The notes under the pieces were generated by a model. The model was not told where the DNA came from. It searched no databases and saw only the letters and a list, made by a program, of their open reading frames with translations. Below, piece by piece: positions 21,738-31,506 of a stretch of DNA of 64,000 nucleotides. Position numbers and translations under genes: made by a program. The stretch spans positions 18,846 to 82,845 of the IMG/VR virus record IMGVR_UViG_3300034062_007046, one strand, 5' to 3'. The stretch's first letter is position 1, and each line of letters opens with the position of its first letter. Source of the DNA: a virus.

Positions 21738-22220
21738 ATGTCTATTTCATATCCAGTTTCATCAGGCGGCGGCGGTACCACAATAGTAAGCGAGAGAGCT
21801 CAGTACGCTATTCCTGCAACAATAAATACCACTTTTCCTATCGTTATAAGTGGATCAACTTCTTCGGGGCAAATAGCTACACTGTTTATTCCCCCAACCT
21901 ACCTTTACCAAATGTCTGGCAGCTATTCGCTGGTTGTAGTAGGAGAAATTACTGGTGCAGCTGGCGTAACTGGAAGTTTGCAAGTGGAAGGTCCAGAAAC
22001 TTTTACAGCTAAATTGACAGCGTATGATCCGGTTGGTGCTGGTAATTCTGCTATGGGCGTTAGGCTTTCTGGAAGTACACAAGGGTACGACTTTATCAAC
22101 TATCCTCTTGATCTTGGACCGGGTAATGATTTTGGTGCTTCGTTGCCAATTAGCTTTTCTGGCTCGGTTTCCAACTATACAGCGAGCATTTATAGTGTTC
22201 ACTTAAGCCCAACCCTATAG
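21738..22220 (+). CDS. Small Ser/Gly-rich virion protein
   Basis: 160 aa beta-type sequence with many xSGS/xTGS/xTAS motifs. Confidence 0.55.
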   Translation: MSISYPVSSGGGGTTIVSERAQYAIPATINTTFPIVISGSTSSGQIATLFIPPTYLYQMSGSYSLVVVGEITGAAGVTGSLQVEGPETFTAKLTAYDPVGAGNSAMGVRLSGSTQGYDFINYPLDLGPGNDFGASLPISFSGSVSNYTASIYSVHLSPTL

Positions 22221-22254
22221 TATAACAAAAAAAGTTCTTTTTTTAAATTTAAAT

Positions 22255-22304
22255 ACTAATTAATCTACAACGCTCTAAGGCAAAGAAATTTGTTTTAGGG
22301 CGTT
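22255..22304 (+). promoter_or_regulatory. Late promoter motif (22255-22263) followed by a 16-bp GAAA-tetraloop hairpin (22269-22304)
   Basis: ACTAATTAA, then AACGCTCTAAGGCAAA-GAAA-TTTGTTTTAGGGCGTT with three G:U pairs. Confidence 0.6.
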
Positions 22305-22337
22305 TTCATTGGTCATGTGACCGGGAGAACTAAATTA

Positions 22338-24308
22338 ATGGCTAATCCATTAAAAATTTTAACTCACTTATCTGCAAGCGAAGCAGCAGATTTCGCAAAA
22401 GCAGTAAAATTCAACGAAGTTGTTACACTTGCTAACAAAAAAATCGTTGGTCTTGCTGAAGGTACGGCAGCAGGCGATGCAGTTCGCTATGAGCAATTAA
22501 CCGCAGAAGCATCACTCCGCGTTTCTGGCGATTCTTCACTAACATCACGTCTATCAGTCGAAGAATCAAACCGCGAAGCAGCAGTTAGCAGCGAAACATC
22601 ATCACGCATTTCAGGTGATAACTCATTAGGCGCTCGCGTTTCAGCCGAAGAGTCAACCCGCGCTTCCGCTGATACATCGTTAACATCACGTATCTCAGCA
22701 GAAGAATTGGCACGTGCTTCAGCTGTCACTTCAGCTGCAACTTCAATTGATGCTCGCGTATCAACAGAAGAATCAGCAAGAGCATCAGCAGATACTTCAT
22801 TAACAACAAGATTATCAGCTGAAGAATCTGTAAGAGCTTCAGCTGATACAGCAGAAGCATCAGTACGCGCTTCAGCCGATGCTTCACTAACTGCTCGTCT
22901 TTCAGCAGAAGAAAGTGCATCACTATCAGTTGATGTAAGCCTTTCAGGTCGCATCACTGATGAAGCATCAATTCGTGCTTCAGCTGATGGTTCATTGGCT
23001 CTTGCGTTTGCTTCAGCTGATACTTCACTATCAACTCGTCTTGCAAGTGAAGAATCATCCCGCGCTTCAGCAGATACTTCTCTAACATCACGCATTTCAG
23101 CAGAAGAATCAGCCCGCGCTTCAGCAATCGTTGCAGCAAATTCTTCACTTGATTCACGTATTTCAGCAGAAGAATCAACACGCGCTTCAGCAGATGGTTC
23201 ATTAGCTGTTGCGTTTGCATCAGCCGATACATCATTAACAACTCGTTTATCAACTGAAGAATCAGTACGCGGTTCAGCTGTTGTAAGTATTGACGCGGCA
23301 ATTTCAGTCGAAGGATCAACACGTGCATTAGCAGACTCTTCATTAACAACTCGTCTATCAACTGAAGAAGTTGCCCGCGCAAGCGCAGATACTTCATTAA
23401 CAAGCCGTGTATCAACTGAAGAATCAGTACGTGCTTCAGCAGACGCAAGCCTTGTTGCTGCTCTTTCAGCGGAAGCTTCATCACGCGCAGCGGAAGATCT
23501 AAAATTCCTCTATCTTGATGGCACACGCGCAATGCAAGGCGGTCTTAACATGGGTGGTTACGATATCACCTCTGCTAAGAGCGGTTCATTCAGCGGTGAC
23601 GTTACCGTTCAAGGTAGCCTCAACGTTAAAGGCGCTCTAACTTACCTTGAAACCACAAATACCCAAGTTAAGGACAACCAAATTGAACTTAACTACGCAG
23701 CAACACCAGTAAGCAATGCAAATGCTGGTATCGTAATCAAGGGTAGCGAAGCTGGTAAAGACGTAAGCATGATCGTTGATGCAGACGGCGGTAATTTAGT
23801 TGTCAACACAATGGTTTCTGCTTCAGCACTCAAGGCATCAGGCAACGGTGAACTTGGTGGTGCATTAGTAGTTAAGGGTCAAGCAGCTGTAAGCGCCTCA
23901 TTAATGATCTCTGGCGCTTCATTTGGTGACGCCGGCGCAGATGCAGCACTTGGCTATGCTAACAACATGTACAATGTTGATAGCGCTATCCGCTTCTTGG
24001 CTGGTAGAAGCACCGGTATGGCAGACGGCTACACCAGCCTACGCCACGTTGCTGATTTTGCACTTGTCGGTGGTACAAAGACATATGCATTACCAGAAAC
24101 TGCTGCATTTGCATCAGGACAACTCAACAAAATTATGGTTGATGTTCTTGTTGCTGGCACAACTGGTGGCTGGGTCAACGATCTAATCGCTGTTAAACTC
24201 GAAACCGTTGGTAGCTATCTACAAGTCGTAATCGATGCGCCAGCCCACGGTAACGGTAATGTACGTCTAATCGCCGTTAACGAAGGTATGGGTATCGAAG
24301 GGGAATAG
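22338..24308 (+). CDS. Long coiled-coil fibre protein with Ser/Thr-rich repeats
   Basis: GGGAG SD at 22323 favours the ATG at 22338. Repeats of consensus ADTSLTTRLSTEESVRAS; codon bias like the major capsid gene. Confidence 0.7.
   Translation: MANPLKILTHLSASEAADFAKAVKFNEVVTLANKKIVGLAEGTAAGDAVRYEQLTAEASLRVSGDSSLTSRLSVEESNREAAVSSETSSRISGDNSLGARVSAEESTRASADTSLTSRISAEELARASAVTSAATSIDARVSTEESARASADTSLTTRLSAEESVRASADTAEASVRASADASLTARLSAEESASLSVDVSLSGRITDEASIRASADGSLALAFASADTSLSTRLASEESSRASADTSLTSRISAEESARASAIVAANSSLDSRISAEESTRASADGSLAVAFASADTSLTTRLSTEESVRGSAVVSIDAAISVEGSTRALADSSLTTRLSTEEVARASADTSLTSRVSTEESVRASADASLVAALSAEASSRAAEDLKFLYLDGTRAMQGGLNMGGYDITSAKSGSFSGDVTVQGSLNVKGALTYLETTNTQVKDNQIELNYAATPVSNANAGIVIKGSEAGKDVSMIVDADGGNLVVNTMVSASALKASGNGELGGALVVKGQAAVSASLMISGASFGDAGADAALGYANNMYNVDSAIRFLAGRSTGMADGYTSLRHVADFALVGGTKTYALPETAAFASGQLNKIMVDVLVAGTTGGWVNDLIAVKLETVGSYLQVVIDAPAHGNGNVRLIAVNEGMGIEGE
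22500..23495 (+). repeat. Imperfect coding tandem repeats (~54-bp/18-aa units with 11-aa spacer units)
   Basis: Repeated gcttcagc(a/t)gatac(t/a)tcattaacaac..tcaactgaagaatca units. Confidence 0.85.
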
Positions 24309-24339
24309 TAAAAATTAAAATCAGTTTAGTCTGATTTGG

Positions 24340-24369
24340 GGAGCGGAGAGAAATCTCCGCTCCTTTTTT
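24340..24369 (+). terminator. Rho-independent terminator
   Basis: GGAGCGGAGA-GAAA-TCTCCGCTCC followed by T6. Confidence 0.9.
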
Positions 24370-24419
24370 ATTTATAAGCTATTTTTAGACTACTTATGTA
24401 TAGAATATTGGAGTCTAAA

Positions 24420-25550
24420 ATGAATAAAATAAATTTAGGTATTACCGTACTTATAGATAAGCCAACCGAGTCTTTTTTTACAAATGGCATCAGACAAAAC
24501 GCAATAATAATGCGTGATCTTTATAAAAAAATAGATTTTGTTGGTGATGTTTATTATGTAAACTTTGGAAAACAGAAAGATTACTCGCAGTCTCCTTGGA
24601 AAGAATACGAGGAAAACATCATACAATTTGAGGAAATGTTTGATAAAATAAATGTTTTGGTGGTTTCATGTGTTACCATCAATAAAGATATAGCTGAATT
24701 AGCGAAGAAAAAAGGTATAAAGATCGTACACCATATTATGGGTAATGAATATTACTCATTTGTTGAAAGCGTATTATTTAAAAAGGAAGAAACGACTGTT
24801 TTTTCAAAAGAGCGTCATTATGATGCAGTTTGGATTTCCCCACATCTATACGAAACAAATAAAGATATTTTTGAAGTATCCTATGAATGCCCAGCATATG
24901 CTGGAGCTTACGTTTGGTCACCGCAGTTTCTTGAACAGCACGTAAATGCTCTTTATGAAACTAAAAAAATAGCATCTAAAATTTATAATCCAGCAGGCAT
25001 AGAACAAAAAAGACTTGGAGTATTTGAGCCAAACTTAAGTTTTATGAAAAATTCTATTTTTCCTATATTAATAGGAGAAAAACTGCAATTAAAACACCCA
25101 GAACTATTAGATAGTTTAAATTTGTTTGGCTCATCTTCAATAAAAGATAAAAAACAATTAATAAATTTTGTAAAAACATTAGAAATTCAAAAAAATAAAA
25201 AGATTTTCTTTGAAGATAGGTACCCAATAGCTTGGGCGCTTTTCCAGCACACAGACATTTTGTTATCCCATACACATCATTGCGATCTGAATTATGTATA
25301 TTTTGATGCTGCTTGGTTAGGATTTCCAGTGGTACACAATTCTAAATTTATCAAAAAACTTGGTTGGTATTATGATGAGTTTGACGCAGATGATGCTGTG
25401 AAGCAAATAAAAAAATCAATAAATTATTTCGATAACGCAAACAATAGAGAGAAATATTTAAAAAATTCAAAAGAATTTATTTCTGCCTATTTGCCAACGC
25501 AAGATAAAAATGTTGAAGCTTATAAGTTATTATTAGAAAAAATGTTTTAG
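24420..25550 (+). CDS. DUF2827-like putative GT-B glycosyltransferase (copy 1)
   Basis: 'IGIT..S.FTNGIRQN', 'GNEY', 'YVWSPQF', 'FEPNLSFMKNS..P', 'LNYVYFDAAWLGFPVVHNS', 'GWYY' match DUF2827-type proteins. Start moved to 24420 (GGAG SD; parallels the paralogue's start). Confidence 0.7.
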   Translation: MNKINLGITVLIDKPTESFFTNGIRQNAIIMRDLYKKIDFVGDVYYVNFGKQKDYSQSPWKEYEENIIQFEEMFDKINVLVVSCVTINKDIAELAKKKGIKIVHHIMGNEYYSFVESVLFKKEETTVFSKERHYDAVWISPHLYETNKDIFEVSYECPAYAGAYVWSPQFLEQHVNALYETKKIASKIYNPAGIEQKRLGVFEPNLSFMKNSIFPILIGEKLQLKHPELLDSLNLFGSSSIKDKKQLINFVKTLEIQKNKKIFFEDRYPIAWALFQHTDILLSHTHHCDLNYVYFDAAWLGFPVVHNSKFIKKLGWYYDEFDADDAVKQIKKSINYFDNANNREKYLKNSKEFISAYLPTQDKNVEAYKLLLEKMF

Positions 25551-25558
25551 GAATTTAA

Positions 25559-26698
25559 ATGAAAAAAATAAATATTGGTATCACACTTTCAATAGATCCA
25601 ACTGAATCGCTTTTCACAAACGGTATCAGACAAAATGTTATTATTTTAAGAGAGCTTTACGAAAGATGCGAAGGCGTTGAGAAAGCATATATTATAAATA
25701 CTTCTGGAAAAAATATACCAGATGATCCAAATACTCCGCTATATCCTTTTCGTAACCTTATAATCGATCTAAAAGATGTAAAAAAATATTGTAATTTTGT
25801 TGTTGTAGCTCATGGCTCACTATTGCCAGCAGAATATAAAGAATTACATAATTCTGGGATAAGGATAGCAAAATTAATTCTTGGTAATTTATTCTCAATG
25901 TTTAATGAGCAAATTTTATTCAAAAGCAACGATGAATATTATGGGGTTTTTAATAGAAATGAAGGGTTTATAAGTAAAACTTGGCTGTCGGCGCATTACT
26001 TTAGAGATAGGTATTTTTTTGAAACACTTTATGGATGCGAGGCAAAAATTGCTCCTTATGTTTGGGATCCGCGCTTTATAGAAAAGAGTAATGAAAATTA
26101 TAAATCTCTTTATGGAAAAACTTGTGAATACAGCCCAAGTGGAAAACAAGAAAAACGTATATTAAATTTTGAGCCAAACCTTAACATGGTTAAGACTTCA
26201 ACACAATCTGTTGTGGTATTAGAGAGATTTTATCGACAAAATCCACAATATGTTGGTGATTGTTATTTTTTTAATACCAATATCATAAAACAAAAAAAAG
26301 ACTTTATAGATTTTGTAAAAAATCTCGATATTTATAAATCTGGTAGGGCTTCTTTTGAGGGCGGTATTGCAATAGTAAACGCTTTGGGAAAATATGGTGA
26401 CATTGTAATAGCAAGCCAAAATCAAAACGAGCTAAACTATCTTTATCTTGACGCGGCTTGGATGGGCTATCCAATTCTTCATAATTCGCCAATGATGAAA
26501 GAAATTGGATACTGTTACGAAGGTAACGATGCTCAACAGGCTTCAGAAATCTTGTTAGATATATGCCAAAATTTTGATAAAAATCATGAACAATACAAAC
26601 ATGAATCAAGACAAAAAGCAAGCAAATATATGATAACAAACGAAGAGCACATAAAAGAATACACAAAGCTTATACACGAAGTTATGGATAGCAAATGA
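25559..26698 (+). CDS. DUF2827-like putative GT-B glycosyltransferase (copy 2)
   Basis: Full-length paralogue: FTNGIRQN, PYVWDPRF, FEPNLNMVKTS, NELNYLYLDAAWMGYPILHNS. Confidence 0.7.
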   Translation: MKKINIGITLSIDPTESLFTNGIRQNVIILRELYERCEGVEKAYIINTSGKNIPDDPNTPLYPFRNLIIDLKDVKKYCNFVVVAHGSLLPAEYKELHNSGIRIAKLILGNLFSMFNEQILFKSNDEYYGVFNRNEGFISKTWLSAHYFRDRYFFETLYGCEAKIAPYVWDPRFIEKSNENYKSLYGKTCEYSPSGKQEKRILNFEPNLNMVKTSTQSVVVLERFYRQNPQYVGDCYFFNTNIIKQKKDFIDFVKNLDIYKSGRASFEGGIAIVNALGKYGDIVIASQNQNELNYLYLDAAWMGYPILHNSPMMKEIGYCYEGNDAQQASEILLDICQNFDKNHEQYKHESRQKASKYMITNEEHIKEYTKLIHEVMDSK

Positions 26699-26892
26699 AA
26701 CGCAAAGTTACCTATTTAGTAAAATATATGGATGAAATAATAAAAGAAGTGCTGATGCATACAAGGGATATAAAAACGCAAGGAGAATTATTAAAAAATA
26801 GGCAAATACTTGATGAAGCAATAAAAAAATTAGAAAAAAAATACGATAATATCATAAAAGACATACAAAACGATATAGATGGCGAAGAATAA
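26695..26892 (+). CDS. Hypothetical small helical protein
   Basis: ATGA overlap with the upstream gene. Confidence 0.55.
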   Translation: MKRKVTYLVKYMDEIIKEVLMHTRDIKTQGELLKNRQILDEAIKKLEKKYDNIIKDIQNDIDGEE

Positions 26893-27146
26893 TGAAAAAT
26901 AAATTTAATTTTTTACAATTTACAAATTGGCTTTTTATTTGTAGAGAAAACATAGAATCAATAAAACAAGATGTATTGCAAGAAAAAATAACAAAACAAG
27001 ATGCAATAGAAAAATTGCTTGCAGAAAAGAAAAAAATCTCTATTTTGAGAGATGTTTTAGATAGAAAAGTACGACTATTTGGTATTCAAGCTGGCTTTTT
27101 ACGATCATTAAAAGATCTTAAAAAAAGATATGGAATAGAAGAGTAA
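26892..27146 (+). CDS. Hypothetical small basic protein
   Basis: TAATG overlap; fills the operon. Confidence 0.55.
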   Translation: MKNKFNFLQFTNWLFICRENIESIKQDVLQEKITKQDAIEKLLAEKKKISILRDVLDRKVRLFGIQAGFLRSLKDLKKRYGIEE

Positions 27147-27147
27147 G

Positions 27148-27156
27148 ACTAATTAT
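27148..27156 (+). promoter_or_regulatory. Putative late promoter motif ACTAATTAT
   Basis: Recurrent motif upstream of the GAGG SD of 27178. Confidence 0.6.
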
Positions 27157-27177
27157 TCTATATTTGAGGAATAATGA

Positions 27178-29310
27178 ATGTCAGGCAACGGTAATGGCAA
27201 CGGTAATGGCAACGGTAGAAAACCAGTAAAAGTTCTTACCGACCTTGAAACGCGAAAGCAAATTTTAAAAACTGATTCCGGCAATAATGTACTTTTTAAA
27301 GTTTCTGGTACGCTTGGTAATGGCGCAGTTAGCTCTTCTCTACCAATAACAGGCACTCAAGCCTATTTTTCAAATGATGTGACCATTGATGGTGTTCTTA
27401 AAGCCAGCGAAATTCAAGTTACAACTTTAGTAAATTCATTAAATTATGAAACTTCCATTTCTGCGTCTATTAACGCCCTTTTAGATGTTTCCGCTTCATC
27501 CGCAGAAGTTGATCAATTTCTTAAATGGAATGGAAGCCAATGGGTTCCCGGCGATGTCAGCAATGGATCAATCGGTGCTGCCGAAGATGGAGATTATACC
27601 GATGGTTTGTTCACAGATTTCACCGAAGCAACGCCAATTGGTACAGCCGTAGATAGAATAAATGAAGTTCTAAAAGGTTTAGCCCCCAAAGTAGCACCAG
27701 ATTTATCAAATTTAGAAAAAACATCTGGTGCTACTGGTACAAATATGCGCCTCGCGTTTGGTGCTTCTTATTCAGTAGCTGGTTATGAGTCGGTTACGGC
27801 ATCATTAGGTGCAACATTAACAAATAAAGATTTTACAGAAGCATTTACAGCTGCAAATGGGGCAGGAGGCTTCCCAGTAAGATTAGGTGCTTATGCCTCA
27901 CCAGTGGCATTAACCATGTCGCTGAATAACAATGTTTCTGCGGACGCTGGAGCTTTTACAAACTATCCAGCAAAAGCGTTTAATGTTCCAACTAACGGCG
28001 CAGGAGCATATATTTTAGAAGTAAACGGCACTCAAATTACTCCATCTGGTTCTACATCAGACACTAATTCTGCTGTTAGCCAAACATTCTTGCTATCCGC
28101 AGCGAATACAGCATCATTTATTGGTTCTGGTCAAGGTTTTGATCTATTTCGGCACAGAACCGCTACAGTTGGTATACCAACAAGTTTATGGCGCAATGGT
28201 CATAACTACGCAAAAGTTACACATGTTTCTTCGCTTGGAACGCATGTAACAAACTTTATTGACTGGGTTTATGATCCATCCGCCGCAGCTGGAACAAATA
28301 ATTATGGCTTTACCTCCCCGACTTCAGCATCTTTCGTCGTAAGCGGAGCAAAGTATCTTTCTGGTGTCAAGTACTATACAAGCGTAGCATACAACTTTAC
28401 TACAAATGTAAGTAACTTCTATAGAAATATTTATCCGGTAGCTGGTGGGTTATCTTTTAGCGGTTTGACCGCAGGATTGAGCGCTGGAAGCGTTTCTATC
28501 CCAACGCCAACAACAAATCTTGATGATATTGCAGTAAGTGTAGGTCATACATTTAATGGATCATATAGATTACTCGGAGCATCTCTCGCTTCAACGCTAA
28601 ATTCAGCAAATGGTCTCGGCAAAACAGGTGCAACAACTTTAACAACAAATACAATTCTTTACGATAATGTGAACACTGCTAATACAACAGCAGCTGAATA
28701 CTTCTGTTTAGAAAATTATCGTGCTGAATCTGGCAGTTATGCAATCCAAGCGGACGCATCTAATGCAATAGGAGCCTTCCCAAGCGGATCATCATTAGCT
28801 GCTGGCGAATTAGCGGTTTACAACGGCGCAATGCGTTACCCAACAAAAATTTTAAATAATGGCGATATAGACGGCTCTGGTGTTGTACATATGATTGCAG
28901 GACAACCAGATTATTCTGCTGAAAGTGGCAATAAAACCTATCACCGCGTATTCCGTAATGGTAGCAGCGCAATTGCAGTATTTACCTTAACAATAAATGG
29001 CGGTAGCGGAATCAACGTAACAACCCACGAAGGAACGTTGAATACCAATAATATAAAAGCTTGGATTAAAATTCCCGGCAAAACAGGATGGCGTGATATA
29101 GCAACAGGAACGCCTGCGCCCGGTTATTCCGCCACTGCGGATAATTTAGGAGCTTTGCAAGGTTCTAAAGTTACAACTTCAACCTCTTCAACCCATACAA
29201 TTAACTTATTAACTGAAGGTTTAGCTGTTAATGAATATTTTGTATTAAGAATAGAAGCTTCTGATACTTGGACTAATAATATAAGCTCTATAACCATAAC
29301 AGGACTCTAA
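27178..29310 (+). CDS. Virion fibre/decoration protein, 710 aa
   Basis: (GN)5 N-terminus, 'LLDVS..FLKWNGSQWVP' fibre motif, Ser/Thr/Gly-rich. Confidence 0.6.
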   Translation: MSGNGNGNGNGNGRKPVKVLTDLETRKQILKTDSGNNVLFKVSGTLGNGAVSSSLPITGTQAYFSNDVTIDGVLKASEIQVTTLVNSLNYETSISASINALLDVSASSAEVDQFLKWNGSQWVPGDVSNGSIGAAEDGDYTDGLFTDFTEATPIGTAVDRINEVLKGLAPKVAPDLSNLEKTSGATGTNMRLAFGASYSVAGYESVTASLGATLTNKDFTEAFTAANGAGGFPVRLGAYASPVALTMSLNNNVSADAGAFTNYPAKAFNVPTNGAGAYILEVNGTQITPSGSTSDTNSAVSQTFLLSAANTASFIGSGQGFDLFRHRTATVGIPTSLWRNGHNYAKVTHVSSLGTHVTNFIDWVYDPSAAAGTNNYGFTSPTSASFVVSGAKYLSGVKYYTSVAYNFTTNVSNFYRNIYPVAGGLSFSGLTAGLSAGSVSIPTPTTNLDDIAVSVGHTFNGSYRLLGASLASTLNSANGLGKTGATTLTTNTILYDNVNTANTTAAEYFCLENYRAESGSYAIQADASNAIGAFPSGSSLAAGELAVYNGAMRYPTKILNNGDIDGSGVVHMIAGQPDYSAESGNKTYHRVFRNGSSAIAVFTLTINGGSGINVTTHEGTLNTNNIKAWIKIPGKTGWRDIATGTPAPGYSATADNLGALQGSKVTTSTSSTHTINLLTEGLAVNEYFVLRIEASDTWTNNISSITITGL

Positions 29311-29313
29311 TAA

Positions 29314-30432
29314 ATGGCTTTAACAGAGAAAAACCAGTTATTAATAGCATTTAAAAAACTTTATGGTAAGAGCCATACAAGCGCTAAATTTGGTATTTTT
29401 AACGAAAGTATAGGATCTTCCGTACAGCTTGGTTCAAGCACTATTTTTGGGAATAACATACCGTCAGTCCCAAGTTCCTCATTTTATAGCATAACAGAAG
29501 GCACGGTAGAAAAAATACAATTTACTTTAGAGCCAATTGCGCTTTCTACTTATGCAAGCACATTAGGTTCCATCGCTGGTACTACAATAGACGATGAAGG
29601 CAATACGGCAGTAAACGGAGTTCATGCTTATAAATTAGTTCTACCAAGTGATTATGTAAGTAATTCGTCTAATGCTAAAAAGGGAACTGGAGCATTTTTA
29701 AATTCTGCTGTTCTTTCTGACTCAAATGGTGCTCTGCAATTAGTTCCTCCATCTTTTGGGGATCTTTATAGCGCACAAATAAGCAGTTCTTCTGGGATTA
29801 TTGGCGGTCTTGACGACGAGGATTATTATTTAGATTATTATTCTGGTATTTTATTTATACAGGATATTGGTAGAACACCAACAGCGGTCACTGCGTATGC
29901 ATACGTAGGTGATTTTGTTAGCGATTTGCTAACAGATATAACCTCTGATTATATTACAGAAGTAGTTGCTGGAACAAATTTAACTGGCGGTGGCTCAAGC
30001 GGTTCGGTAACAGTAAGTTTAGCTGATAATATTTCATTAACTTCCGTAACGGCTTCGTTATATGGTACTGCATCCCACGCAATAACAGCTTCATACGCTG
30101 AAAGCACCACTTTTGATCCTACACAAATTATTCATGCTTACAAGCGCTTAAGATATCAAGAGATTGGGTATTTTGATGCATCTGGTAGTGCATTAATACA
30201 GTTGCCGACTGGTGCCTACGGGGGTTCGGCATTTCCAACAGCTTCTTTAGATTATGTAAATGTAAGCGTTTTTGTAAAAGATGGCACTTTGTGGACAAAT
30301 GATATCTTGGCAGTTAGTGTTTATGAGTCATCAAGCTATATTTATGTTTCTCTTGAAGCGCCAGAATTGACTGATACCGATCAATACAAATTATTAGCCA
30401 TAAATGAAGATCCAACATATTATACTATTTAA
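29314..30432 (+). CDS. Virion structural protein with shared C-terminal fibre domain
   Basis: 'ITEVVAGTNLTGGGSSGSVT' fibre-like motif; C-terminal domain paralogous to those in 22338, 30535 and 33008. Confidence 0.6.
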   Translation: MALTEKNQLLIAFKKLYGKSHTSAKFGIFNESIGSSVQLGSSTIFGNNIPSVPSSSFYSITEGTVEKIQFTLEPIALSTYASTLGSIAGTTIDDEGNTAVNGVHAYKLVLPSDYVSNSSNAKKGTGAFLNSAVLSDSNGALQLVPPSFGDLYSAQISSSSGIIGGLDDEDYYLDYYSGILFIQDIGRTPTAVTAYAYVGDFVSDLLTDITSDYITEVVAGTNLTGGGSSGSVTVSLADNISLTSVTASLYGTASHAITASYAESTTFDPTQIIHAYKRLRYQEIGYFDASGSALIQLPTGAYGGSAFPTASLDYVNVSVFVKDGTLWTNDILAVSVYESSSYIYVSLEAPELTDTDQYKLLAINEDPTYYTI

Positions 30433-30489
30433 TTCTGCATGTGAAATGGTATAATATTTTAACTTACTTTGCAAAATAGGTAGCTCAAA

Positions 30490-30498
30490 ACTATTTAT
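30490..30498 (+). promoter_or_regulatory. Putative late promoter motif ACTATTTAT (second copy at 30424-30432)
   Basis: Recurrent motif in the gap before 30535. Confidence 0.6.
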
Positions 30499-30534
30499 TT
30501 ACATATCTACTTTTGCTTGGAGTTTTAGATATTT

Positions 30535-31491
30535 ATGGAAATTAAACCAGTTAGAGTATTATCGGATTTAGAAGCCACACAGGACGTTGTAGTTAGCGGT
30601 TCGCTAATCATAACAACCACCGCTTCTTTCGATACTATACCTGTTGTAACTGGTGCGAACGGCAGTTATGATGTAGATTATGCTTTACACCAAGTAAACG
30701 ATTCAGTTTACCAAACAAATGCAAATATAGCAAATGCGATTGCCGGATTTGCGGATGAGTACAATAAAAATAGGTACACATTCACTGGTTCGCTTGATGC
30801 AAGCGGCTTAAAAGAGATTAATCTAACAACATCTATTATATCTGGTTCTGTTAACTTTGCAAGCGGTAATTTATTTGATATAGCAATTGATTTCCTGCTG
30901 GATACAAACGGTGATGGAAAATATAGAAACGATTTAACATCATATCAGATATTTGCCTCTGGTAGTGATTTGCTTATCGCGATTGACGCCCCAGCATCAC
31001 CTAACTGCAATTACAGATTGTCTGTTCAGAATCAAAGATCGCTGTCGCCTGTATCTGGCAGCAATGGCGTTCTTATAATTGCAGGTCCGCAGGGACCGCA
31101 AGGCACGGCTGGAGTAGCTGGCGCTAACGGTACAAATGGAGCTAACGGTAAAACATTTATAACCGTCGCCAGTAATCTTTCAACAAATAATATAATCGAT
31201 ACCATAGCTTCTAATTTTCCTTTAAGCCCATCGCAAGCACCAACTGGTTTTTATTTAGACGTAACTGGCTTTACGCAAAACACTTCCTATCCTATGGTTG
31301 TAAAGCTTTATGATTTAGCGTCGAATACAGTTATTGATTCGGATTCTATTAGCTCCACAAGTCCTAATACAATAAGATTAAATGGGTCAATACCAAATGT
31401 ATCTAACAAACAATACGAATTAAGATACTATTCTTCTGGTTCCTCAAGCAACTATGTATATTTGCAAACTGCAATAATAGAAATTTTATAA
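30535..31491 (+). CDS. Short fibre protein with collagen-like segment
   Basis: GPQGPQGTAGVAGANGTNGANG (Gly-X-Y); N-terminal region paralogous to 33008. Confidence 0.65.
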   Translation: MEIKPVRVLSDLEATQDVVVSGSLIITTTASFDTIPVVTGANGSYDVDYALHQVNDSVYQTNANIANAIAGFADEYNKNRYTFTGSLDASGLKEINLTTSIISGSVNFASGNLFDIAIDFLLDTNGDGKYRNDLTSYQIFASGSDLLIAIDAPASPNCNYRLSVQNQRSLSPVSGSNGVLIIAGPQGPQGTAGVAGANGTNGANGKTFITVASNLSTNNIIDTIASNFPLSPSQAPTGFYLDVTGFTQNTSYPMVVKLYDLASNTVIDSDSISSTSPNTIRLNGSIPNVSNKQYELRYYSSGSSSNYVYLQTAIIEIL

Positions 31492-31506
31492 TTTTGGAGA
31501 AATAAA

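Noticed and set aside
22500-23495. Possible CRISPR array or DGR repeat
   Set aside because: Repeats are degenerate, in frame and protein-coding, with no unique spacers; no cas or reverse transcriptase gene in the window.
22487-23532. Long minus-strand ORFs (202 aa, 192 aa) over the repeat fibre gene
   Set aside because: Antisense shadows of a repetitive, codon-biased gene; no start signals.
30447-30455. Extended -10 promoter TGGTATAAT before 30535
   Set aside because: No convincing -35 and easily produced by chance in AT-rich DNA; late-type motifs already explain the region.
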